DNA of 64,000 bases from a virus (IMGVR_UViG_3300009784_000001:54418-118417), one strand, 5' to 3'; positions 9,326 through 19,080 are shown, counted from the first letter of the stretch. Notes: generated from the letters alone by a model not told the origin. Numbers and translations are program-made.

Positions 9326-9517
9326 TTACTTATAACCTATAACTCTCAATAATTTAGAAATTTCTTTATCTTCCAGAAGAAGGTAGTTTTCTTCTTTTAA
9401 TCTTAATTTTATAAAATCAAAATTACTTTTAATCCCTAATCTATTTAATGTTTCACTGTTACAATGATTACATTCATCTTGAAATTCTTTAATTTTTTCC
9501 CAGCTTGCTTTTTTCAT
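9326..9517 (-). CDS. hypothetical protein (63 aa)
   Basis: Track ORF. Confidence 0.4.
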   Translation of the reverse strand: MKKASWEKIKEFQDECNHCNSETLNRLGIKSNFDFIKLRLKEENYLLLEDKEISKLLRVIGYK

Positions 9518-9529
9518 ATTATCTAATAT

Positions 9530-9958
9530 TTAATATTTCAAATTTCTACATATCGGACCCATCCCTAATTCAATACTTTCAGGATCAGTTAATTCTCTAT
9601 CACATTTTGAACACCTACCACTGTGAAATAAACTCATTTCACTGTGAGGACTATATCTGTTAATGTATCTGTCAATAATAAATTGAAATGTTTTATAAGA
9701 TACTGCATCTTTTCCTACCCTGCTTTTTGCAGTTAAAATCAACTCCCATTTACCAAAATATTTTTTTAATATACCAATGTAAAGAAAAGTATCAGAAGAA
9801 TTTTTAACAGAAATAAAATAACTATTCTTATTATTGCTTGTTTCCTTTACCTTATAAGTAAAATGTTTTCCAGAACGCTCTGACCTTACTGTTAAAATGG
9901 CTCGCCCACCCAAAATAAAGTCCTTTTCAAACCCTTTCTTTAATTGATGCTGTTCCAT
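9530..9958 (-). CDS. hypothetical protein with C-terminal zinc ribbon
   Basis: CSKCD...GPIC motif. Promoter at about 9979-10038 lies upstream. Confidence 0.5.
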   Translation of the reverse strand: MEQHQLKKGFEKDFILGGRAILTVRSERSGKHFTYKVKETSNNKNSYFISVKNSSDTFLYIGILKKYFGKWELILTAKSRVGKDAVSYKTFQFIIDRYINRYSPHSEMSLFHSGRCSKCDRELTDPESIELGMGPICRNLKY

Positions 9959-10155
9959 TACTTATCTATTATTTATATTGCAAAGATACAAAAAATTATC
10001 TAATCTAAAAAATATATTTTGCTAATAAATGTTAAAAATTTGATAACCAGATATTGTTAAATCTTATTGAAAGTTATTACAAATATTTTAACTTATCTAA
10101 TTTTTGTTAAAAAAATTGTGTGCTACTTTTATAACACACAATTCATTTATGTTAA

Positions 10156-10401
10156 TTACCGTTTCGATACTGTGATAACATTATGACCACAATGCACAGA
10201 ATTATCAAAATATCTGTCCTTTAATATCACAATTCCTAAATCAATCTGATCTTCCAGAGAAGGCACTCTTTGCTCATTTGTTAATCGGAAATTCATATCC
10301 TTTACCCTGTTCCTGAAAAAATTGTAAGATATAATTTCAGGCTCTTGTAAAATTCTCATTATCCCTTCTTGCTCCAATAAACTAAAATACTTCGTTTTCA
10401 T
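10156..10401 (-). CDS. hypothetical protein (81 aa)
   Basis: Track ORF. Promoter at about 10438-10496. Confidence 0.4.
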   Translation of the reverse strand: MKTKYFSLLEQEGIMRILQEPEIISYNFFRNRVKDMNFRLTNEQRVPSLEDQIDLGIVILKDRYFDNSVHCGHNVITVSKR

Positions 10402-10490
10402 TTTATATAAGTTTTATTTGTTTGTATATAATCACATAACAAAGATAGTAAATATTATCTAATCTGCAAAATTATTTGTGTTAAAAAATG

Positions 10491-10721
10491 TTACATTTCA
10501 GAAATATATTGTTCAACTCCACAATCACTAAAATCTAATGTAATAGGATCCCCTGCACCTACAACATCAAACCAATATATATCCATAGGGACTAATTCTA
10601 AACCATTTCTACCAAGTTCCATTTTTGTTTCTTTCCTAAGAAATTTTACTGTCAAGGGAAAATCATCATACCCATCAAAATAATCATATTCTTTCCCTAT
10701 TATTAAATCTTTTGTTTTCAT
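10491..10721 (-). CDS. hypothetical protein (76 aa)
   Basis: Track ORF. Confidence 0.4.
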   Translation of the reverse strand: MKTKDLIIGKEYDYFDGYDDFPLTVKFLRKETKMELGRNGLELVPMDIYWFDVVGAGDPITLDFSDCGVEQYISEM

Positions 10722-10755
10722 TTTTCCTATTTGTTTATAATGTAAAAATAATAAA

Positions 10756-10989
10756 CTATTTAGTTATACTCTTTTGAGTGTTTCTCTTCCCTTTCTTACT
10801 CTTACGTTTTCCCTTTGAATTATATTTTATTATTTCCCCTTGCTTTGTTAATTCTCTTTTCTTTTCAGGTATGTAATTCCCCTTTGAAATATTCGCTTTC
10901 CTTTCTCCTGCCATGTAATATTCATTATCACCATTCAAAATTCCTGCACAATGCAATTGCATCATATATTGAGCCAATAACCCATCCAT
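10756..10989 (-). CDS. hypothetical Lys-rich protein (77 aa)
   Basis: Track ORF. A variant inverted repeat TACTCTTTTGAGTG lies inside its 3' end at 10767-10780. Confidence 0.35.
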   Translation of the reverse strand: MDGLLAQYMMQLHCAGILNGDNEYYMAGERKANISKGNYIPEKKRELTKQGEIIKYNSKGKRKSKKGKRNTQKSITK

Positions 10990-11009
10990 ATTTATAATGT
11001 TAATAAAAA

Positions 11010-11246
11010 TTAAATATCACTTAAAGTCCTTTCACCCATCGGAACACTTTCCATCTTATTAATTTCTTCAATCGTTAAACCATTAATAAATTGCTTTGTA
11101 CCTTTCAAATTACTGAAAAACATTGCATATTTATCATACCTTTTTGTTTCCTTATTCCAAAACTTTATCCCAGAAACAATCCCTGCTTTATAACTAATCA
11201 CTTCATAATTCCCTACTATACGTTTCATATTATATAAAATTAACAA
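11010..11246 (-). CDS. hypothetical protein (78 aa)
   Basis: Track ORF. Confidence 0.4.
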   Translation of the reverse strand: MLILYNMKRIVGNYEVISYKAGIVSGIKFWNKETKRYDKYAMFFSNLKGTKQFINGLTIEEINKMESVPMGERTLSDI

Positions 11247-11497
11247 GTATATATAATAAAATGTTGTTTCCTTTTATCCATATCAAAATATTTCTTCAAA
11301 TCATTCCACGCCCCTGGCGTCCCATATGCTACTTTTGAAAATAAAGTATCTTTATCCATTATTGTTATATTGAAAATCCCTGCCTCTCCTTTTGATAACA
11401 TTCCATAAATATCTTTTTCCCATAAGTACATACTATTGTTATCCATTTGACAACCAGCCTTCTCAAACATTTGCTTTACTTCTAAAATCTTATCCAT
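11240..11497 (-). CDS. hypothetical protein, start corrected
   Basis: The track start at 11524 is TTG (MYII is the translated promoter box). The first ATG is at 11497, and the promoter box is at 11520-11529. Confidence 0.45.
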   Translation of the reverse strand: MDKILEVKQMFEKAGCQMDNNSMYLWEKDIYGMLSKGEAGIFNITIMDKDTLFSKVAYGTPGAWNDLKKYFDMDKRKQHFIIYTC

Positions 11498-11656
11498 CTT
11501 GTTTTCTTGTTTAATTATATACAAAGATACAAAAAATAATTTATATAATAATAAAAAACCATCTTAATAAAAATTAAAAAATGTTAAAATTTTCCCCCTG
11601 AATATATCTTAAATTATATAATCAATTAATATACATATTTTAACTTTATTAATAAG

Positions 11657-11682
11657 TATTAAAAAAAGGGACTTATGCCCCT
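11657..11682 (-). terminator. intrinsic terminator
   Basis: The minus-strand RNA reads AAAAGGGGCAUAAGUCCCUUUUUU, a stem followed by a U-run, at the stop of gene 11673-12098. Confidence 0.5.
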
Positions 11683-12098
11683 TTTAATATTAAGTGTGTT
11701 TTTAATCGCTTCATTTGCCGCTCCATATCATGGATGTTTTTTAATTCATTCCAATTTGGCTCATGTACTAAACGGAATTTAACTATCCCTGTATCAATAT
11801 TCCATTTGTAATCAATCATATCACTCAAATTTGCAAAATCATACCCCATTTCATTCAATATACCAAGCTCAAAACCAATCCCAACAAAATGTTGCCATAA
11901 GATAAAATTATAAGCTGAGTCCAATGTAGGCTCAATTTCATTATCATTTATAGCTTCACCAAGCAAAAACCAATCCAAATCAAATCGCTCTGCAAATTTA
12001 AGAAAAGATGTAATTTTATAGGAGGCAAAACCCCCAACTCCAAAATATCCCTCTAATAAATAATTAATATTACTCCTTTTCATATCATTTCCTCCCAT
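11673..12098 (-). CDS. hypothetical protein (141 aa)
   Basis: Track ORF. Confidence 0.5.
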   Translation of the reverse strand: MGGNDMKRSNINYLLEGYFGVGGFASYKITSFLKFAERFDLDWFLLGEAINDNEIEPTLDSAYNFILWQHFVGIGFELGILNEMGYDFANLSDMIDYKWNIDTGIVKFRLVHEPNWNELKNIHDMERQMKRLKTHLILKGA

Positions 12099-12241
12099 CT
12101 GTTTTTTCTGTTATATGCCTTTTTGCTTTTATGTACCCTGTTATAAGACTTAAAGCTACCACCAAATTCTTCAATCTCCATTTCCCTTGAGATTCGTTTG
12201 TTCATTAACATTATTTGCTCCTTTGTAATCCTTGCTTTCAT
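12080..12241 (-). CDS. small basic protein (53 aa), not in the ORF track
   Basis: Read here as ATG at 12241-12239 through to TGA at 12082-12080, giving MKARITKEQIMLMNKRISREMEIEEFGGSFKSYNRVHKSKKAYNRKNRWEEMI. A canonical promoter box (caaaggta) sits at about 12272-12320, and the ORF overlaps the next gene's start. Confidence 0.35.
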   Translation of the reverse strand: MKARITKEQIMLMNKRISREMEIEEFGGSFKSYNRVHKSKKAYNRKNRWEEMI

Positions 12242-12323
12242 TGCTTTAATCTTTGTTTATTTGTTTGTAGTGCAAAGGTAATGAAATTAATTGATATATA
12301 CAAATTATTAATGTTAATAAAAC

Positions 12324-12512
12324 TTAAATTTTTGAATATACCCATCCAATTAAATCCAATATCCCTATAACAAATTCTCTTATTGTTTCTGTATCTGTAA
12401 AATAATAATATACTGTTACTTTATTATTTACTACTGAATAAGATGAAATTTCAATACTGTTATCAATTAAATTTTCTCTTATGTAATCTATTAATAATTT
12501 TTCACTAAACAT
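12324..12512 (-). CDS. hypothetical protein (62 aa)
   Basis: Track ORF. Confidence 0.35.
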   Translation of the reverse strand: MFSEKLLIDYIRENLIDNSIEISSYSVVNNKVTVYYYFTDTETIREFVIGILDLIGWVYSKI

Positions 12513-12519
12513 ATCTTTC

Positions 12520-12696
12520 TTAATTATAAAGTGTAACGTTCTTTTCTTCTTTATTGCTATTTAATTGCTCAATTTTGCTAATCCTTATTGCAAAAGGTAA
12601 AACATATTCCTTCGCTTTTTCCTTTGTTTCTGCTGTTACTATCTGCCACGACTTCCTTCGCTCCTCATCAATATATGTAATAAAATAATCATTCAT
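12520..12696 (-). CDS. hypothetical protein, start corrected
   Basis: The track start at 12729 is TTG inside the promoter box. The ATG is at 12696. Confidence 0.4.
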   Translation of the reverse strand: MNDYFITYIDEERRKSWQIVTAETKEKAKEYVLPFAIRISKIEQLNSNKEEKNVTLYN

Positions 12697-12976
12697 ATTG
12701 TATAAGTTTTTATTATTTTTATATAACAAAGATAATATTTTTTATTGAATCTGCAAAATTTCTGAAGTTAATAAAAATTAATAAATGTTAAAACTTGAAA
12801 TCGTTCTTTTATGTTAATTTAATTCCTTTTAGAAAAAATTGAATTGATTTTCAATGAATTTTGTATGTTACTGAAAATGAGGGGCAAAAAATTTCAAATC
12901 ATTAAGTTTATTTTTTTGAAATCTTGTCCCTCTATTTTTCAAAATTGTTGTATGTGTAAAAAATTTTTCAAAAAAA

Positions 12977-12990
12977 TACTCATTTGAGTA
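12977..12990. repeat. TACTCA-TT-TGAGTA inverted repeat, copy 3
   Basis: Exact 14-mer about 40 nt 3' of the stop of gene 13029-13337. Confidence 0.7.
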
Positions 12991-13028
12991 TTCTTATCAA
13001 TAATTGATACAACAACAATAATTGATAA

Positions 13029-13337
13029 TCAATAAGTTTCTTCACAATACCATTTCACAATTTGTGGAAGGTCATCAATATTGTCAAATTCTGTATAAGG
13101 TAAAGTTGCTGTGTAAAGTGTAAATCCCATTTTGGGAAAATTATTTTCCTGTGAAAAAGGAATAAAATAAAATCTGTTATTAAGTTTTTGAATAAAATAT
13201 CCATCCCAATCCCCAGCGGAGGAAGATGTATTTGTTAATTCAACTTTTACTACTGACTTGTAACCTTTCAAAAGTTTTTCAGCACCATACCAATTATCTT
13301 TAACCTTTAATTCTTTGTTTGTTAATAAATTTTTCAT
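13029..13337 (-). CDS. hypothetical protein (102 aa)
   Basis: Track ORF. Confidence 0.5.
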   Translation of the reverse strand: MKNLLTNKELKVKDNWYGAEKLLKGYKSVVKVELTNTSSSAGDWDGYFIQKLNNRFYFIPFSQENNFPKMGFTLYTATLPYTEFDNIDDLPQIVKWYCEETY

Positions 13338-13351
13338 ATTTTTTTATTTTA

Positions 13352-13630
13352 TTAAAATTCAATTTTACAATTATATTCGCTTATTAATTTAGTAATTAAT
13401 TTATTATAATCCCAATCATATAGATTTTCGGATATAGTTATTTTTATTTTTTGATATTCCACTATTTGAAAATGAAGGTAGCCATATTGAACACCTTGCA
13501 AATATCCATAGCCATGTTCCTTTTGTAAATGTAGGATAGGAAACATTTTTGTTTCACTATATATTCTATCCATTAATTGAGAAATAGTATTTTTACCATT
13601 GTAATAAACTACATAATATTTTGTTTCCAT
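13352..13630 (-). CDS. hypothetical protein (92 aa)
   Basis: Track ORF. Promoter at about 13645-13700. Confidence 0.45.
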   Translation of the reverse strand: METKYYVVYYNGKNTISQLMDRIYSETKMFPILHLQKEHGYGYLQGVQYGYLHFQIVEYQKIKITISENLYDWDYNKLITKLISEYNCKIEF

Positions 13631-13904
13631 AACTTAATTATTTATAGAACAAAGATACAAATTTATTTTCATGTAACAACAAAGAATAAAGTTAATAATT
13701 ATTAAAATATGTTAATTTTTTTGGGATTATTGAAATATTAAAATAACATTATAAATCAATAAAACTATTTTAACTTTGTTAATTTTTTAACAAAATGATA
13801 GTAAGAAAAAAAAATTCCCATAGGAAAAAAATTATAATATGATTTTTACCTATTAAAATGATAATATTAAATATTAAAGATATTTTAACATTTCATTTAA
13901 TAAT

Positions 13905-13938
13905 AAAGAAAAAGGTCATTTTCACAAACAACCTTTTC
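13905..13938 (-). terminator. intrinsic terminator
   Basis: Stem AAAAGGT/ACCTTTT. On the minus strand it is followed by a U-run, 3' of gene 13958-14350. Confidence 0.45.
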
Positions 13939-13957
13939 CTAATTATTTGTAGTGATA

Positions 13958-14350
13958 TTAATTTATTTCCTGTAATTGTTCCAAACAGTCCCCAAACAAT
14001 CTCTCTACTGCTTTCCATTCTTTGCAGACTGCAAGGTACACTTTATAATCAGAACGGCTATCCATACAGTAACCAAAGTTATCACAAAAGGTTTCAAAGT
14101 CTTCTGGATCGTAGTGTGTTAATCCTGCAAGGATATCATACATTGTTGGGGACGTGTTTCCTTTTGCAAGGCATTGCCCAAATTTGAAACGATATTTTTC
14201 TCTGTTCCGTTCCAAAGTACAATTAAAAACATATCTGTATGTACCATCTTCTTTATCATCTTTGAAAAAGGAGGCATAGATAGATTTTCCTATTTTCAAA
14301 GTAACATTAAATTTCTTTGCAAATTTTTCTGCCTGTTTTTGATAATTCAT
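13958..14350 (-). CDS. hypothetical protein (130 aa)
   Basis: Track ORF. Confidence 0.5.
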   Translation of the reverse strand: MNYQKQAEKFAKKFNVTLKIGKSIYASFFKDDKEDGTYRYVFNCTLERNREKYRFKFGQCLAKGNTSPTMYDILAGLTHYDPEDFETFCDNFGYCMDSRSDYKVYLAVCKEWKAVERLFGDCLEQLQEIN

Positions 14351-14352
14351 TT

Positions 14353-14538
14353 TTATTTCAAATTAAATTGTTTAACAACATGATCCAAAGCGTTATTATA
14401 TATGCCACTTTCAATAAGATAAGCTCCAATTTCATTTCCAATTTCTTCCATTTTATTATCTGAAATGGAATTTGCATTTACTCCCAGTTCTTCTAAATCT
14501 ATCCTTTGTAAGGCAATTGTCCAAAAACATCTTTTCAT
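14353..14538 (-). CDS. hypothetical protein (61 aa)
   Basis: Track ORF. Confidence 0.4.
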   Translation of the reverse strand: MKRCFWTIALQRIDLEELGVNANSISDNKMEEIGNEIGAYLIESGIYNNALDHVVKQFNLK

Positions 14539-14626
14539 ATTATTTAATTTTTATTATTTGTTTGATAACACAAAGATAAGAAATTAATTTGATATTACCT
14601 AATTTATAATGTTAATAATTGTTAAA

Positions 14627-14833
14627 TTAAATTGGATAATAATCATCTGTATAACGCATAAAATCTACCCAATCATCACTTAACCAATTTTGAGCCTCTT
14701 CAAAATTACTTTGGGAAAAAGGCACTGTTCTATATTTATAAGTTTCTTGACCCTTTTGCATAGAAACAATTGTAAATGTTCTATTTTTCTTATTTGAATA
14801 AATTCTCCAATACAAACCATCAAAAACTTTCAT
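14627..14833 (-). CDS. small protein, family A (paralog of 8621-8824)
   Basis: Carries the shared NRTFTI/YKYRTVPFS/DW..F motifs. Confidence 0.5.
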   Translation of the reverse strand: MKVFDGLYWRIYSNKKNRTFTIVSMQKGQETYKYRTVPFSQSNFEEAQNWLSDDWVDFMRYTDDYYPI

Positions 14834-15011
14834 ATTATATAAGTTTAATTATTTACATAACAAAGATACAATTTTTATTTCATATAATTTAATTTATAAA
14901 GTTAATAATTTTTAATAAATGTTAAAAATAAAATTATATAATATCTTAAATTATATAATCAATTAATATATATATTTTAACTTATTTAATTTATGTTAAA
15001 AAAATGATGAT

Positions 15012-15038
15012 AACCTTTTTCACAAAAAGTTATCACCC
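15012..15038 (-). terminator. intrinsic terminator (12-bp perfect stem)
   Basis: Hairpin GATAACCTTTTT-CAC-AAAAAGGTTATC, followed on the minus strand by AUCAUCAUUUUUUU. Confidence 0.55.
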
Positions 15039-15264
15039 CACTATAAAATAATTAACTTACACGACTTATATTTTTTCAGCATATCGGCAACTGTGCTACT
15101 TACACCATAAATCAGGCTGTAATCTGAACCTGTTCCGCATCTGCTCTGTTTCTTTATATAAAAACTTAAAGGAATATAACATCATTCTTTTTACTTATCC
15201 CTGCCCATTTTAACAGCGTTAAAATTGATGTTTGCACTTGATAAAACCTTTAAATTATTTTGTT

Positions 15265-15504
15265 TTATAAATTGAAATATATATCAGGGTTATTTGACAC
15301 ATTATAGATATAAGAACCTTTCTTAATCAACAATGCACCTTTCCCATAGAATTGTTTCTTCATTCCTTTAACACTTCCAGACTTATCAAAATTTGGAAAT
15401 TCACTTAAATCTATTTGAGAAAAAGTAGGTAATATTTTAACAGGAAAATTCTGTGCGTCCCTTGCAAAAGGGTTATAAGGTATATTAATTGTTTTCATAT
15501 TCAT
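15265..15504 (-). CDS. hypothetical protein (79 aa)
   Basis: Track ORF. Confidence 0.4.
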   Translation of the reverse strand: MNMKTINIPYNPFARDAQNFPVKILPTFSQIDLSEFPNFDKSGSVKGMKKQFYGKGALLIKKGSYIYNVSNNPDIYFNL

Positions 15505-15667
15505 AATATTTACATTTATCTACTACTGTATTTTTTTCTATTGAAGAAGAACCCTTTTTATCTCTTTTAACAATGCAAAAACAATTAGTTGGCTCTGAAA
15601 AAATTGAATAAGTCATTCCCAATCTAAAATTTTTACATTCAATACATTTTATTTTTGTTATACTCAT
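15485..15667 (-). CDS. small Cys-containing protein (60 aa)
   Basis: Track ORF. Its ATG lies inside inverted-repeat copy 4. Confidence 0.4.
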   Translation of the reverse strand: MSITKIKCIECKNFRLGMTYSIFSEPTNCFCIVKRDKKGSSSIEKNTVVDKCKYYEYENN

Positions 15668-15674
15668 TTGAGTA
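15661..15674. repeat. TACTCA-TT-TGAGTA inverted repeat, copy 4
   Basis: Exact 14-mer directly 3' of the stop of gene 15680-15913. Confidence 0.7.
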
Positions 15675-15679
15675 TATTA

Positions 15680-15913
15680 TTAAAATGTTATTCTATTTTC
15701 TCTAAAGTACTTTTTGAAATTCGCCTTTACTTCTAACATAGTTACATGCTCCATATAAAACTTTCTACATAATTCTGTTTTTCCTCTCAAAGCTATATAA
15801 CCAATTACACTTTGTTCGTCCGTTCTGTACATTTCCAAATCAAACATTTTTTTATTTGGAATATCAACATCAAACACTTCAACTTTTTTAACAAAATTTT
15901 TTAAGTTAGGCAT
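15680..15913 (-). CDS. hypothetical protein (77 aa)
   Basis: Track ORF. Confidence 0.45.
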   Translation of the reverse strand: MPNLKNFVKKVEVFDVDIPNKKMFDLEMYRTDEQSVIGYIALRGKTELCRKFYMEHVTMLEVKANFKKYFRENRITF

Positions 15914-15920
15914 AATTGTA

Positions 15921-16166
15921 TTACTTTAATAAATCAGTTAATTTTGCTTCAAATTCTTTTTTTGTTACTTCTTCACCATTTACTTTATAGCTTTTCCAGG
16001 GTGATGGATTAGCATGTCTGTAATAATGTTTTGCAGTTTTGTATTCAAATTCATTTTCCTGTAAATTCAGGGTATATTTTGTCCCTGCACTCCCAGCGAA
16101 ACCCCAAGCGTTTGTGCTGTCAAACTTTTCTTTTGTTGCTAATTCTTTGAATCGTATCCAGTTCAT
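15921..16166 (-). CDS. hypothetical protein (81 aa)
   Basis: Track ORF. Confidence 0.45.
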   Translation of the reverse strand: MNWIRFKELATKEKFDSTNAWGFAGSAGTKYTLNLQENEFEYKTAKHYYRHANPSPWKSYKVNGEEVTKKEFEAKLTDLLK

Positions 16167-16251
16167 ATTCGTTTTATTTAATCAGTTAATTATTATAATA
16201 CAAAAGTAAGAAAAAATTATGTAATATCAAAATATTTCAAGTTAATAATTG

Positions 16252-16572
16252 TTAAAACCACTTTTTCAAATCTTTCTTTTTGCAATTTTGAGTAATTTGT
16301 GTATCTACTTTAATGTAATAACCAAAATTGTTATAAATGTTTTTGAAAGTATTAAAACCATCAAAATTCACGTTCAATTGTTTTGCTATTTCTCTAATTG
16401 CATCATATTCCGCTTGATTTCCATACCCATAGCGGAAATCCATATAGAATTCTTCTGCATTGTCCATTCCAAAATTTAACATTACTCTTGCAGCGTAATA
16501 GGTATTGCCATAAGTCTTATCACGCCATTCCCTACTTGAAATTATTACTGATCTTAATTCATTTGCTTTCAT
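16252..16572 (-). CDS. hypothetical protein (106 aa)
   Basis: Track ORF. Confidence 0.5.
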   Translation of the reverse strand: MKANELRSVIISSREWRDKTYGNTYYAARVMLNFGMDNAEEFYMDFRYGYGNQAEYDAIREIAKQLNVNFDGFNTFKNIYNNFGYYIKVDTQITQNCKKKDLKKWF

Positions 16573-16771
16573 TTTATTTACTTATTAATTATTTTATACA
16601 ACAAAGATACAAAAAATATTTTATATAACAATAAAGAATTATGTTAATAATTGTTAAAAAACTATGCAATTTAGTAATCTTAAAAAATATAATAAATGAT
16701 ATAGATATTTTAACTTTTCTAAAAAATGTTAAAAAAAGAGAACTTTCTCGTTCCCTCTTTTCAATATAAAT

Positions 16772-17296
16772 TTATTTTGTCATATAAAATTCCCACAAAT
16801 CCAGGTATTCTGTTCCCACTTCCTTTGCATCCGCTTCATTTTGCAAGTGTAGGCGAGAGGCGCAACCCGCATACGTACACGCATCCTGATAACCCGCATC
16901 ACAGAACCGAAAAGGAGAATCCAGAAAAAACCAAGGATACCATTTTCTTTCATCTTCGTCCTCCCAATTTGGGAACCATCCTTCATTCTTCGCTTCTACA
17001 ACTATTTCTAAAGCCCTTAGTACTGTTGCCCTATTGAGAGCCAAAACTTCAATTTGGTATTCAATATCATTCAAATAATTTTCTCCTTGAGCATCCTTTA
17101 ACATTTGCAAACGTTTTTCATAAAAATTCATAAACTTGCTAAAGCTCCTGCCCAATTTCTCAAAAGCCCATTTTGTTTTGATTAAACAAGGCAATTCTGA
17201 CAGTACCAAATCAGGAAAATTTTGTTCCAAAAATAACTTAAAATCCCCTACTGCTGTAGGATAAAATTTCTTTGCTTGTTCTAATGTAAAATTCAT
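16772..17296 (-). CDS. hypothetical protein, start corrected
   Basis: The track start at 17323 is TTG (MYII is the translated promoter box). The ATG is at 17296. Confidence 0.5.
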   Translation of the reverse strand: MNFTLEQAKKFYPTAVGDFKLFLEQNFPDLVLSELPCLIKTKWAFEKLGRSFSKFMNFYEKRLQMLKDAQGENYLNDIEYQIEVLALNRATVLRALEIVVEAKNEGWFPNWEDEDERKWYPWFFLDSPFRFCDAGYQDACTYAGCASRLHLQNEADAKEVGTEYLDLWEFYMTK

Positions 17297-17361
17297 ATTA
17301 TTTAATTTATTTATGATATACAAAGATAAGATAATTTATTGATATATACAAATTATATAAG

Positions 17362-17583
17362 TTAAAAATTGTTAATATTTTTATTTATATAAGCAATAAC
17401 TTTATACACAGGACGCAAGGATAATAGAAACAAGCCAAATACTGTAACAGCAGTCCAAATTGCAATGTATAAAACGTTCCATTCACAGATATTGACTAAT
17501 ACAGCCAATAAACCTATAATAATCATTCCTATTGAAATAATTGCACCTATCCATGCAAATATACTAAAACCTTTGAATTTCAT
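17362..17583 (-). CDS. small membrane protein (73 aa)
   Basis: Hydrophobic throughout. Confidence 0.45.
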   Translation of the reverse strand: MKFKGFSIFAWIGAIISIGMIIIGLLAVLVNICEWNVLYIAIWTAVTVFGLFLLSLRPVYKVIAYINKNINNF

Positions 17584-17598
17584 ATTTTATATAATTTT

Positions 17599-17874
17599 TT
17601 ATTTTAAATATTGCACACTATATTTATTACAACAAGCTAAAGGATTATTCAAAGTACCACGTATATGCTTTGCAGGAGCACTACAGCTTGCAGCTTTATA
17701 TATATTGCCTTCAAAATCTATAAAAGCATAAACAGACTTGGAGCCCCACATGTTTAAATATATTTTGAAATATTTTTTTCCTTTTTCAAATCCATAGTAG
17801 AAATTATCACCTTCCCCAAATTTTTTATTCAAAAGATTTTTTAACTCTACAATTTTCAAATTTATATTTTCCAT
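17599..17874 (-). CDS. hypothetical protein (91 aa)
   Basis: Track ORF. Confidence 0.45.
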   Translation of the reverse strand: MENINLKIVELKNLLNKKFGEGDNFYYGFEKGKKYFKIYLNMWGSKSVYAFIDFEGNIYKAASCSAPAKHIRGTLNNPLACCNKYSVQYLK

Positions 17875-18033
17875 ACTGTAATTATTTTATATAACAAAGA
17901 TACAAAAAAGTTTTTATATTATCTAATTTATAAAGTTAATAATTGTTAAATATTTTTACTGAAATTAAGAAAGTTAAAATACTTATATTATTAATAGAAT
18001 ATATTTTAACTTTTCACATTACATAAAAAAATT

Positions 18034-18097
18034 AAGGTAGTTCCGAAGCGAATTCCCCAATCTATTATGGGACTTGTATCAAGCGCAGAACTACCTT
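18034..18097 (-). terminator. intrinsic terminator (AAGGTAGTTC / GAACTACCTT stem)
   Basis: A 10-bp stem encloses a loop of about 44 nt, with a plus-strand A-run at 18025-18030 giving the U-run on the minus strand. It lies 3' of gene 18254-18601. Confidence 0.45.
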
Positions 18098-18253
18098 GTT
18101 ATTATTTAATATTATTATATTTTATCAAAATTATTATTGCGGAGGAAATCTTATTCTTTTCATATTTTATTCAATCTATTATATTATTAAATTATTTTTT
18201 ATATAAATTATTTATCGGCTGTCCCCTTATTTTTATCATATTTTCATTCAATT

Positions 18254-18601
18254 TCAAAGTAAAACTCCTGTATTTTGTTCCCAGCTTTGAGTACCTTCAG
18301 AATCTTTATTTATAATCTTTTCGATTTTCAACAAAGCATTTTTGAATAATTCACCCTTTGTAAAATTGCCCCTTGCTTTTTCTCCATTGTGTTTAATACC
18401 ACTTCTCACACCTCCACCCATGTAGTTTCTATACGCCCCAAACTTTGCCACAGGATAACCTAAAATATTGCCACAAATACCCAGTGACCAATTTCTACTA
18501 CCATCAAAGAAGACTGAGCCTTCAGGAACATTTAATTTGTTTTCAAGTGTTTCGATTACTTCTTCAATACTGTTTTCTCTTTTGAATCTGTAAGTTTTCA
18601 T
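18254..18601 (-). CDS. hypothetical protein (115 aa)
   Basis: Track ORF. Confidence 0.5.
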   Translation of the reverse strand: MKTYRFKRENSIEEVIETLENKLNVPEGSVFFDGSRNWSLGICGNILGYPVAKFGAYRNYMGGGVRSGIKHNGEKARGNFTKGELFKNALLKIEKIINKDSEGTQSWEQNTGVLL

Positions 18602-18687
18602 TTTATCTAATCTTTAATATTTGTTTTATTGTATTACAAAGGTAAGAAATTAATTTGAATTACACAATTTTTCAATGTTAATAATTG

Positions 18688-18849
18688 TTAATTTTCAAAT
18701 GTTACATCATCACTCCAATATTCACCTGCTCCATAAGGGCAAGCATTTGCTTCTTCTTGTGCTTCTGTTTCATCACCATATACCCCTCTAAAATTCCAAT
18801 TATTTTCAGGGTCATTATAACCAACTATATAAACTGTTCTTTGTATCAT
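18688..18849 (-). CDS. small acidic protein (53 aa), not in the ORF track
   Basis: Read as ATG at 18849 through to TAA, giving MIQRTVYIVGYNDPENNWNFRGVYGDETEAQEEANACPYGAGEYWSDDVTFEN. A promoter box lies at about 18880-18940. The plus-strand track ORF 18685-18891 is judged spurious. Confidence 0.4.
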   Translation of the reverse strand: MIQRTVYIVGYNDPENNWNFRGVYGDETEAQEEANACPYGAGEYWSDDVTFEN

Positions 18850-19080
18850 ATAATTTTATCTTATTTAATTTATATAATAATACAAAGATAAACATTTTAT
18901 TCCAGATAATCATACATAATGATGTTAATAATTGTTAAAATTTATACATAATATAATCTTAAAAAATATCTTATTTATTAAATATATTTTAACATTTAAC
19001 AATTGTATATAAAAAAAAATAGCTTTCAATACTTTCACTCTGTCCAGCATTAAAAACTATATTTGATTTTATTTAATATG

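Noticed and set aside
16780-16986. Internal or alternative-frame minus ORFs 16780-16986, 42578-42781, 58040-58222 and 59587-59844.
   Set aside because: Each lies wholly inside a larger gene with clear homology or better coding character.
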